From Mytilus edulis (lineage: Eukaryota), in contig NC_092344.1 in assembly GCF_963676685.1 (NCBI RefSeq), positions 72,416,001 through 72,480,000 on the forward strand: a stretch of DNA of 64,000 nucleotides. The letters run 5' to 3'. Below, in pieces: positions 37,395 through 47,061 of the stretch. A program made the position numbers and the translations under genes. Under the pieces are notes generated by a model. The model saw nothing but the letters and a program-made list of their open reading frames with translations. It made no database searches and was not told the origin of the DNA. Positions within the stretch are counted from its first letter, which is position 1, and the number at the start of each line of letters is the position of its first letter.

Positions 37395-40300
37395 ATGGCT
37401 GATGATCATTTCTGCGAGGATTTATTGCGTCTTTATCCTGACAGTAACCCTCAATATCAACAGCAGTTGCGAGAGTTAAATGATCGATTGAGTGTTGATA
37501 ATGACAACAGATCAAATCTTACGGTTAAGGTCTATTCATGTTATTATTGTAAACTTCTGTTTGATCACCCTTCCAAACTGAAGAGACACCAGAGAAACAG
37601 TTGTACATTTCCATGTCGACAATGTGATAGACATTTTGATTCAGCGGAAAATTTGTTTAAACATAGCAACATCGATCATACAACTTATCAGACTGGTTCA
37701 GGAAACACTGATTCAAATTCACATACTACAATCAAACATAAAAGTGTGGATAAGTCTGCTCTCTTGGGAATAGCACGAGCTCGTTTCATTTATCCGAATG
37801 AGGATAATGGGGAAAAGTATGATCTTCTAGCATTTTTATCTGGAATTAAGCATGAGGTAAAAACTCATTTACAAGAGATGTGTGATGAACTCGGTCATAT
37901 TAAGTGGTATATGAATTGTCTTGTGCAAATGATCAAGCCGAATGGAGGTGAAGGTGGTAATGATTTAAAGAATAATGCACATTTTATCTCGAAGACATCG
38001 AATCTAGTTGATAGAGCAAATATAGATGATGAACATGATATTAATGTGACATATCAAAAAATATTCAAAAGTTTTGATGAGTATATACGAAATGGGAGCG
38101 GTTGGTCATTAGATCATATTAAACACATTGAGATTAATACAGCTAAATATAAACCTTTAGGCGGTGGATCGTATATACCCCTACCAAGAACTCTTGCTGC
38201 AACCAGAGCGTTACTCAACATAAGAAACTTAGATGAAAAATGTTTTGTATATGCTATTATAGCATCCATACATCCTACGTGTTCAGGTGACCCTTCTAAA
38301 GTGCATCACTACATCCCATATGAACATGAATTGAACATGGAAGGTATACAATTGCCCGTTGCACCATCATTTGTGAGTAAATTTGAAAGGCAGAATAACA
38401 TTTCAGTAATGGTGTTAGGATTTGAAGAGGGTGAATTTTTCCCCCTCCATGTAACAGGTCTAAGAGAAGCTCATCATGAAGTTGACTTATTGTATTTGAA
38501 AAGTGGGAATAAAAGTCACTGGTGTTTGATTACAGATCTCAATAGACTTTTATATCGAACAAAATGCTTGGGACGCAGTCATAAGTATTGCAGATTCTGT
38601 TTATCAGGTTTCACCAGTGAACATACTTTAGAGAAACATATAAAATACTGCTCAAAATTTGAAGCTCAACATGTGACATATCCCACCAAGGGGGTAGACG
38701 ATATACTAACATTTCAAGATCACGCCAAACAGTTACAAACATCATTTGTTATTTATGCTGACATGGAAACATTTTGCGAACCTATGGTTACTGAAGAGCC
38801 AGAAGATAATCGAACCAGCACAACGAAATTAACAAAGTTGATACCATGCGGGTACGGTTATCAAGTTGTTTGCATCGATGACAGATACACTCAACCACCT
38901 AAAATATATAGAGGTGAAAATGTTAGTGAACACTTCCTTCATAGTCTTCTTGACGAAAATAAACGTATAAAGGCTATTTTGAACAATCCTGAACCCTTGT
39001 GCATGACTGTTGAAGATGAGGAAGATTTTCAATCAAGTACACATTGCCACATTTGCATGGAAGAATTTACAGATTCCACTATCCGCGTTCGAGACCATGC
39101 ACATGTTTCAGGTAAATTTCGTGGCGCTTCATGCAGAGATTGCAATCTTAATTTTAAAGAACACACATTCGTGCCAGTTATATTTCATAACCTGAAACAG
39201 TTTGATGCACATTTAATCTGTTCCTCGATAGGTATTTTCAAGAGTGAAGAAATTGGTTGCATAGCCACGAATGCAGAAAAGTACATCAGTTTCAACCTAT
39301 CCAATCTGCGCTTTATCGATTCATACCAGTTTTTGAATTGTTCACTAGAGGAATTGGTATCGTCAATGTCTAAGGAGAATCCGAAAGAAACATTTAAACA
39401 TTTTACAAAAGAATTTGATGATGATAAGCGGATTGCTCTTTTGTTGAAAAAAGGAACATATCCTTACGAATACATTGACAATGCAGCAAGGTTCAATGAA
39501 ACTGAATTACCCTCTATAGACAAATTCTACAGCAATTTATCAGAGAAAACAATTAGTCAAACCGAGTATGAACATGCGCAACGGGTATGGAATCAAATGA
39601 ATATTAAGAATATAGGCGAATATCACGATCTTTATCTAAAAACTGACGTTCTATTATTAGCTGATGTATTTGAAACTTTCAGGAAGAAGTGGATAACGAA
39701 CTATTCCCTCGACCCTGCAAATTATTACACTCTTCCAGGGCTTTCCTGGCAATCTGCATTGAAAATGACTGGTGTGAGACTTGAGCTATTGACAGATCCT
39801 ACAATGTGGCTCTTCTTTGAGCAGAGTATACGAGGAGGTTTAACAATGGTGAGCTGCAGACATGCAAAAGCAAACAATCCCTACTTGAGCAATTATGATC
39901 CAGCTTTACCAACTTCATACTTGATGTATGTAGATGCGAACAATTTATACGGTTTAAGCATGAGCATGCCATTAGCTGTGGGGAAATTCCAGTGGTTGTC
40001 AGAAGAGGAAATAAACGATTTCAATGTCTTAAATGTATCCAATAACGCTGACATCGGATATGTCATTGAATGCGATTTGGATTACCCAGATAACTTACAC
40101 GATCTTCACAATGATTTTCCTCTTGCAGTTGAAAAAGGAGTGATAACAAATGAAATGCTTTCACCTCATTCACGTCATCTGTATGAGCAAGCAAATGATG
40201 ATGGGAAAGAATACCAACCGAGCACCAAATTGCTAGCTACTTTGAAAGATAAAAAGCATTACATCTTGCACTATGTGAATCTAAAGTTATACCTCAAACT

Positions 40301-41198
40301 AGGTTTGGTTTTGAAGAAGATTCACAATATAGTTTCATTTGAACAGCGTCCATGGTTGAAACAGTATATTGACTTCAATACCGAAATGAGGAAAAAGGCT
40401 ACTAGCAATTTCGAGCAAAAACTTTTTAAAAATGGCAACAATGCTATTTTCGGTAAATCAATGGAATCGTTGCGGAAACATATCAACTTCTCTCTCTGTC
40501 ATAGGTGGGATAAGTTTCAAAAACTTACTGCAAAATCATCATTTAAAAGCTTTAAGATATTCAACGACCACTTGTGCGGCGTGCTACAAACCAAAACAAA
40601 AATTTTCTTCAACAAACCAATTTACCTAGGACAAATGATTCTCGATCTGTCAAAGGCGCACATGGTTGATTACTACTACAACCACATGAAAAAACTATAC
40701 AAGGAGAATGTAACATTATGTTACACAGATACTGACAGTTTCATTATGCATGTGAGAACTGATGACATATATAGAGACATGTCGTTAAACAGTGAGCTAT
40801 ATGACTTTTCAAATTATCCAGCTGATCACCCTCTTTACACCAAAGACAGGAAATCGATTATTGGTTTATTCAAAGATGAATGCAAGTCCATTCAAATGGT
40901 GGAATATATCGGACTAAGAGCAAAAATGTATAGTTTTATCACCGCAGACGACAAGGAAACTGTAGTAGCAAAGGGTATTAAAACCCGAAATGTTAGATTC
41001 GAACAATATAAAAACACCTTGTTCAATTGTTCTCCACTACTCTCGCATATGTACACTTTGAGAAGTTTCAACCATCAGATTCACATGGTGAAGGTTGTGA
41101 AAAGTGGACTATCACCATATGATGACAAGAGACACTTGCTGGATGATAATGTGCATTCGCTAGCATATTTTCATAGAAAATTAAAAGAAAAACATTAA
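37395..41198 (+). CDS. Protein-primed family B DNA polymerase with N-terminal zinc fingers/terminal-protein region and an endonuclease VII-like insert
   Basis: Exonuclease motifs YADMET, FHNLKQFDAH and YLKTDVLLL. Polymerase motifs YVDANNLYG, KNGNNAIFGK and YTDTDS. CHIC...RDHAHVSGKFRGASCRDCN insert. Uninterrupted 1267 aa. Confidence 0.97.
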   Translation: MADDHFCEDLLRLYPDSNPQYQQQLRELNDRLSVDNDNRSNLTVKVYSCYYCKLLFDHPSKLKRHQRNSCTFPCRQCDRHFDSAENLFKHSNIDHTTYQTGSGNTDSNSHTTIKHKSVDKSALLGIARARFIYPNEDNGEKYDLLAFLSGIKHEVKTHLQEMCDELGHIKWYMNCLVQMIKPNGGEGGNDLKNNAHFISKTSNLVDRANIDDEHDINVTYQKIFKSFDEYIRNGSGWSLDHIKHIEINTAKYKPLGGGSYIPLPRTLAATRALLNIRNLDEKCFVYAIIASIHPTCSGDPSKVHHYIPYEHELNMEGIQLPVAPSFVSKFERQNNISVMVLGFEEGEFFPLHVTGLREAHHEVDLLYLKSGNKSHWCLITDLNRLLYRTKCLGRSHKYCRFCLSGFTSEHTLEKHIKYCSKFEAQHVTYPTKGVDDILTFQDHAKQLQTSFVIYADMETFCEPMVTEEPEDNRTSTTKLTKLIPCGYGYQVVCIDDRYTQPPKIYRGENVSEHFLHSLLDENKRIKAILNNPEPLCMTVEDEEDFQSSTHCHICMEEFTDSTIRVRDHAHVSGKFRGASCRDCNLNFKEHTFVPVIFHNLKQFDAHLICSSIGIFKSEEIGCIATNAEKYISFNLSNLRFIDSYQFLNCSLEELVSSMSKENPKETFKHFTKEFDDDKRIALLLKKGTYPYEYIDNAARFNETELPSIDKFYSNLSEKTISQTEYEHAQRVWNQMNIKNIGEYHDLYLKTDVLLLADVFETFRKKWITNYSLDPANYYTLPGLSWQSALKMTGVRLELLTDPTMWLFFEQSIRGGLTMVSCRHAKANNPYLSNYDPALPTSYLMYVDANNLYGLSMSMPLAVGKFQWLSEEEINDFNVLNVSNNADIGYVIECDLDYPDNLHDLHNDFPLAVEKGVITNEMLSPHSRHLYEQANDDGKEYQPSTKLLATLKDKKHYILHYVNLKLYLKLGLVLKKIHNIVSFEQRPWLKQYIDFNTEMRKKATSNFEQKLFKNGNNAIFGKSMESLRKHINFSLCHRWDKFQKLTAKSSFKSFKIFNDHLCGVLQTKTKIFFNKPIYLGQMILDLSKAHMVDYYYNHMKKLYKENVTLCYTDTDSFIMHVRTDDIYRDMSLNSELYDFSNYPADHPLYTKDRKSIIGLFKDECKSIQMVEYIGLRAKMYSFITADDKETVVAKGIKTRNVRFEQYKNTLFNCSPLLSHMYTLRSFNHQIHMVKVVKSGLSPYDDKRHLLDDNVHSLAYFHRKLKEKH

Positions 41199-41496
41199 TA
41201 CAATTGTAAATTGAAAAAAAATCCATATCCGTAATAAATTCAAGAAAAAGAAAACACACTGTACAATAATTATATAATATTTTATTTCATGTAAATAAAT
41301 ATATGATTTTATAATAAAATATATCAACATATTTAAGTTTTATCCGTTTGCTATCAACCTGGGGAAGTGAAATACATAGGGCAATGGGGAGTAGCATGGT
41401 AAAATGGCGACTTTAACTTAAAAACCCCAATGAAAATACATAACTTTAAAACCCAAATGGACCTTCAAACAAACTTCAAACATAATGACAATAGGA

Positions 41497-41972
41497 CAAT
41501 GGGGAATAACACCTTCAAACATTAAGGCAATAGGACAATGGGGAATAACACCTTCAAACATAGGACAATGTGAAATAACACCTTCGAACATTAGAACAAT
41601 GGGGAATAGCACCTTCAAACATTAGAACAATGGGGAATAACACCTTCAAACATTATGTCAATGGGGAATAACACCTTCAAATGGGGAATAACACCTTCAA
41701 AACACACCAGTGAAATACATTGGACAATGGGGAATAACACCTTCAAACACGATGAAAATATTACAAATAAATTTTAGATTAAAATATAAGAGACATATTC
41801 TTTGGTAAATTAAACACAATTATGAAAATGGGGAATTACACCTTCAAACGCACCAGTGAAATACATTGTGCAATGGGGAAAAAGACCTTCAAACACGATG
41901 AAAATATTACAAATAAATTTCTTAAATTTTAGATTAAAATATATGAGACATATTCTTTGGTAAATTAAACAC
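41497..41972. repeat. Internal Polinton repeat array: about 10 copies of CAATGGGGAATAACACCTTCAAAC with variable spacing
   Basis: Copies at about 41497, 41536, 41566, 41597, 41628, 41659, 41681, 41725, 41827 and 41871. The last four lie in a ~140 bp duplicated block. Confidence 0.9.
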
Positions 41973-42399
41973 GTGAAAATCGCATGTTTAATATTTTCCT
42001 TAAAATATCGGAAAAGTTCTCCCTATTGAACGAAAGTCCGAGTGAATTTAAAACAGACCCTGGGACGTTCTTTAAATGAATGAATATCTCTTCAGATGTG
42101 AAATGGCTGCATTCCCTTATCATTTTATTTAATTGATATCTTTGATCAAAAATTTCCTCGGCAGCATTAAACACATCTAATTCGGCAAATCCAGGATTTA
42201 AAACAAATTGAAAGTCTGCATAATCCATAAAAATAATTAAAATTGGTGAGGGAATTTTACAAAAAAAATCTCTCATTTGAATATCACATTTTGTTGTTAA
42301 TTTATTATAAATACATGCAACAGATAAAGTTCTTAATGAAGGTGGAGCTGACCGCTTTCGTTTTTCACTCAGTGTCTTTTTTTCTACTTCTTCTCCCAT
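41965..42399 (-). CDS. Polinton accessory protein (144 aa) with NLS-like and BC-box/SOCS-box-like motifs
   Basis: Open 144-codon frame in very AT-rich DNA. EKRKRS, then PPSLRTLSVACI...KIPSPIL. Confidence 0.55.
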   Translation of the reverse strand: MGEEVEKKTLSEKRKRSAPPSLRTLSVACIYNKLTTKCDIQMRDFFCKIPSPILIIFMDYADFQFVLNPGFAELDVFNAAEEIFDQRYQLNKMIRECSHFTSEEIFIHLKNVPGSVLNSLGLSFNRENFSDILRKILNMRFSRV

Positions 42400-42546
42400 T
42401 GTCCTTTTTCTGTTCTGATTGGCTAAAAGAAATAAATAAGATACATAAACTCTAGTAAAATAGTTTTCACATCATAAATCTACAGATACATGCATGAAAA
42501 CAAATGAACAAAGTGCGACACCTGTATTAAGAAATTGGATTTCATA

Positions 42547-43044
42547 ATGGAGATTTCTAAAATAAATGAAAAGGATGAATTGAGTAGTGCAAATGTGGAA
42601 GAATATTCACTTAAAATGACAGATGAGCATGATTACAATTTTATCAATATGGATACAGCTGAAATCAGTGACCAGTTTCCACAACTGCACTGGCTTGGTG
42701 CAAAGATGAAAATTGTCGGATTGTTATTCTGTTCGATAACTCTAGCAGTTATATTAATAAATGGGCCATTAAACAGTGAAAATGATCCTCCATTCATATC
42801 TGATGATGTTAAACGAAACAGTAGCGGAAACGATTTATTTTGTAATAAAATGGACACTTTTGCTTTATCTGAAGATATTTTTGTAAATACATGTATATTG
42901 AATAGTGAACTGTTTGTATTATTGAGAAATGATCCTCTTAGAAATGAGATCGCTTTAAATCAAAGGCAATGGTTTTATCTTAAAGCGAGTATTTCACATA
43001 TTGATAAATCAATCTTTGATTGGAAAAATGTTGCTAAGTTATAA
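42547..43044 (+). CDS. Accessory protein with a hydrophobic segment and a C-terminal PC4-like domain
   Basis: IALNQRQWFYLKASISHIDKSI aligns by eye with the PC4/SUB1 C-terminal [22 protein letters not shown], and the preceding beta-strand pattern fits. Hydrophobic MKIVGLLFCSITLAVILING starts at 42706. Confidence 0.6.
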   Translation: MEISKINEKDELSSANVEEYSLKMTDEHDYNFINMDTAEISDQFPQLHWLGAKMKIVGLLFCSITLAVILINGPLNSENDPPFISDDVKRNSSGNDLFCNKMDTFALSEDIFVNTCILNSELFVLLRNDPLRNEIALNQRQWFYLKASISHIDKSIFDWKNVAKL

Positions 43045-43122
43045 ATGATTTCTATCCTAACTATTGTATATAAGAACATATTAGAAACAGAATAAAAATT
43101 TGATCACTTACTGGTGTTATCT

Positions 43123-43355
43123 TCACTCGCCATCTTCAACTGCTTCAGAAAGTATGAATCCAGCTCCAGCTGTTTTCTTTTTCTTCTTTAGCCCCTTGAA
43201 CGGGCCAGATTCTGCTGCAACAATCACCTTTCTGACGTCCGACTCTGACACTCCCGCCTCCTCATCGCTATCGCTGATAGCAATCACCTTTCTCTAAAAT
43301 AAGAATATCATAATATAGAAAATCATCTTAAAATTTTAAAGTTATTTCAATGTTT

Positions 43356-43390
<35 letters not shown>

Positions 43391-43536
43391 CTTTTTATGG
43401 TACATTTAATTGGATAATTACTTTAAATTCATAAACTTGAAAATTATAACTACTTATTTTGATTTACATAGAAAAAAAAAAACAAAAGTTGTTTTACCTT
43501 TCTTTTCAAAGTAACTTTTTTTACTTCTTCTTCTTC

Positions 43537-43568
<32 letters not shown>

Positions 43569-44508
43569 CTTCTTCTTCTTCTTCTTCTTCCTCTTCAACA
43601 ACTATAACCTTCTTTTTCCTGCTAGGTTTTTGCAGCTAAAAAAATTAATATATAATAAAAACAATTGAACGTGTAAGAAATCATATAAATCAACGTTTGC
43701 TGTGGGAAAGAAATTCGTATTTATTAGCGGTTGAGAAATTTACCTAGAAACAAAAATGTTGAAATATCTGCAACTGAACGTTTATCAAAACATTTTTTAC
43801 TTGCTATCAATAACTTTGAAAATTAATACTAACAGTGGTGAAATCAACCCAGAAACAAGTGAAATATCTGCAGCTGAACGCAAGCCGCTTGTAAATACTC
43901 TCTATCAATAACTTACTTTTAACTAAAACGTTTGTTGTATATTAAACCTATAAAGTATATATTTATGTTCAATTATTTGCTGTTGAAGGATAATTAGAAC
44001 GTTTATCATATAGTTTTTACTCGCTTTCAATAACTTTGAAAATTATGTGTACTTACTAGCAGTAGTGAAATTTACGAAAAAACATATAAGGTGAAACATC
44101 TGCAGCTGGTGCTTTTATTAAACACTCGCAATATCTTACTTTAAAATAATTTTGTAGATCGCTCCTATTTCTTAGAGAATAAAATATATATCACGCTCAA
44201 CTATTTGCTGCTGAACGATAATAATTTAGCTATATGTTCATGTAAATATTTACTGCTAAATATTAGAAATCACTAACCTGTTTTTTTATTTCTGCCTCAG
44301 CTTTTAAAAGAACTGGCTTCAGATTGCATAGCTCTTTAAACTCATCAGTCCCAAGAGTTATGCTTCTGCTACTTGTTAAACTGCCTATGTGGATATAAAC
44401 ATATCCCTTGTACGGTGTAACCGCAATGTTCTTCTTTCTTCCAAAATTCAACTCAGCCCGCTCTACTTCTCCACCAAATCCCCTCATGTACTCAACCTGG
44501 TTCATCAT
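43123..44508 (-). CDS. Spliced 3-exon PC4-like ssDNA-binding protein with acidic/basic tail; exons 44508-44278, 43635-43498, 43293-43123; 179 aa
   Basis: Exon 1 is PC4-like (LNFGRKKNIAVTPYKGYVYIHI...SITLGTDEFKEL). Both introns are canonical phase-0 GT-AG with polypyrimidine tracts. Exon lengths 231/138/171 keep frame to TGA. Confidence 0.75.
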
Positions 44509-44879
44509 TTTTATCGCTTTATGATAGAATTGAGTGTACCGCGTTAATAAAGGAATAAAGCTTCCGTTTCATTAAATTATGAATAATAGTTTCCAACACT
44601 TATTTACTCCTAAAGGCTCGCCAACCTTCCATTATCCATGTTACACCATTTTATTAATTCATATGTAATTTCAGTGTAGATCTGTCCCGATCGCGATTTT
44701 TCATGTCAGATTGATCTCCAATATTGCGGCAGTATTTGGATAATACACCTTCTGTTTACATTAAATCTTAGTTCATCAGTTTAAATATAAAGTGTTTATC
44801 ACCTTTCAAATTTGAAAAGTGATCATTACTCAATAAATTTTGATTGTTTTTATTTAAGATCAATTATATATTATAGATT

Positions 44880-45745
44880 TGTTCGAACCGGATTTTGATG
44901 GTTATTTTTTACATCTCATTACTATTTTTTCTCTCTATATATAATTTTTCCTTCATTAAAACAAAACCTATTTTCTTTTCTTTTCTTTGGATCATATTTT
45001 CAATGGTAAATCGAGTTGGATTTTGACGATTATTTTTACATCTCATTACTATCTCCTTTTTTTTTCTCTCTCTCTCTCGCTCTAATTTTTTTCATCGTTA
45101 AAACACCTTTTTTCTTTTCTTTGGATCATAGTTTCAATGGTGAATCCTATCTCCTTTTTCTCTCTCTCTATTTTTTCCTTCGTTAGAACATAAGCGACTT
45201 TTTTCTTTTCTTTGGATCATCTTTTCTTTGGATCATATTTTCAATGGTGGATCATATCTCCTTTTTCTCTCTCTCTCTATTTTTCCCCCTACATGCTACT
45301 TTTTTCTTTTCTTTTCTTTGGATCGTAGTTAATTGTTTTGCTCATGACTTTTTTGCAGCTAGCTAATTTTTCCCATGTGTAAATATTTCATTTGATAAGA
45401 TTTGAGATTGAAGCTTGTGGATTACCATCTTTTATAATTAATAGTTGATAAAAATGTTTTAAGCAAAGTTTTTGTTTTGCAAATTTCTAGATATGCTCTT
45501 TTCTTTTCTTTGGATCATTGTAAATGGTGAATCTTGTTTTGTTCATGACTTTTTTTTCAGCTAGCTTCTTTTTTCCTGTGTAAATATTTCATTTTCTTGA
45601 CAAGATTTGAGATTGAAGCTTGTGGTTTGACCTCTTTGAAGAGTTGTCTCATCAGCAATTAAACCATATTTCTTTTATAATTAATAAATTTAAAGTAGAT
45701 AAAAATTAATTAAGCAAAGTTTTTGTTTGCAAATTTCTAGATGAT
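44880..45745. repeat. Non-coding nested direct repeats in the Polinton right arm
   Basis: TTTTCTTTGGATCAT..TTTCAATGGT recurs about six times with CT microsatellites. The GATTTGAGATTGAAGCTTGTGG...GCAAATTTCTAGAT block is duplicated. Confidence 0.75.
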
Positions 45746-47061
45746 ATACAAATGGTGTCAACTGGTAATCATCCACATTGATTGGGGTAGCAATGCAGTG
45801 GGAAAAGTTTAAGAAAAGTCTAATTTATTAACACATATCAAATACAAATACTTTATTCCATGAAACAACATAGTAAGTTTCAAAACAAATCAAGTTTTCT
45901 GCACTATTTATATAACAATTGTAAATAATATAAACAAGAGAACTATCAAATGAAATTTGGTTATAAAAAACTTACATCATTTGTAATGCACCATTTTTTT
46001 TCACATAAAACATGTTATAGAAAGCACCATGACAGCGGTTACAAATCAAGAATTTTTATATATTTATCTCTAGGTTTAACTTAATCATATAGCACTATAA
46101 AAAGTAATAAAAACAAAAGAAAAAAAGTTTAAGCAAACACAATATGATAAAATATGCGATAATATGTTGTAATTAAATTTGGATGCTGTAAATTCTCATA
46201 TGAAAAAATTCCAAAGATGAAAATGATGATAAAGTAAACATAAAAACAAAAAGTTCTCCAAACATTATATACATATATATATTATTTACATATATACAAT
46301 AATACCAATCATATTTGTTTTTTAATTTAATTTATTTCTATTACAAAACTAAACATATGTAAATGGAAAACTAAAAAGAATAATTTAATGAAAGGAATAG
46401 ATTAATAATGAACTTTAATACCAGAGAAAGTAGATTATTTAATGAAAAGAATAGATTTATAATGAAATTTATGGTTTGAATGAGCATGAAACATATAAAC
46501 TAAGGTGAATTTATAAAAACAAACTACATGTATACTACTATTTACAATATAATAAAATGAGAGTAGAGAAATGCGAGTATAATCAAAATCTTTTCTTTAA
46601 TTAAAATAAAGTGTAACTAATCCAAATAAATCAAATGAAAGAAAATTGAAAAGTTTTGGTGATATAATTTTTCATAATATAAGTAGATTTGTAGAATACA
46701 TCCTCATCAGTGATTATTAAAATTTAGATAACAGTGTATAAATAAGTTTATAAAATTTAGAAAAAAGATTATAAAATTTAGAAAAAAAAAAAATAAAAAA
46801 AATATAAAATTTAGAAAAAAAATTTAAAAAATTTCATAAAATTTAAAAGTTTAGAAAATTAATCATAGGTTAGTCTCTGTGGCCGAATAGATATCCTGTT
46901 TGATCTTCTCAATATTCTTGGTGGTTGTTGTTGTGCTGGGGCTACTCGTCTGTTATTTTCACGTGGTGGAAAAAAATAATTTATAATTTCTTGAAGCCTT
47001 TCATAAATTGCGATGAGGATATATTCTACAAATTAAAAAGTAGTAAATACAGAGATAGATA

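Noticed and set aside
41418-41618. Repetitive FEGVIPHCP ORF and a CRISPR-like appearance of the 24 bp array
   Set aside because: The ORF is just the translated minisatellite. Spacers are short, reused and unequal, there are no cas genes, and the context is eukaryotic.
43459-43668. Poly-Phe ORF on the plus strand
   Set aside because: It is the antisense reading of the poly-Glu exon.
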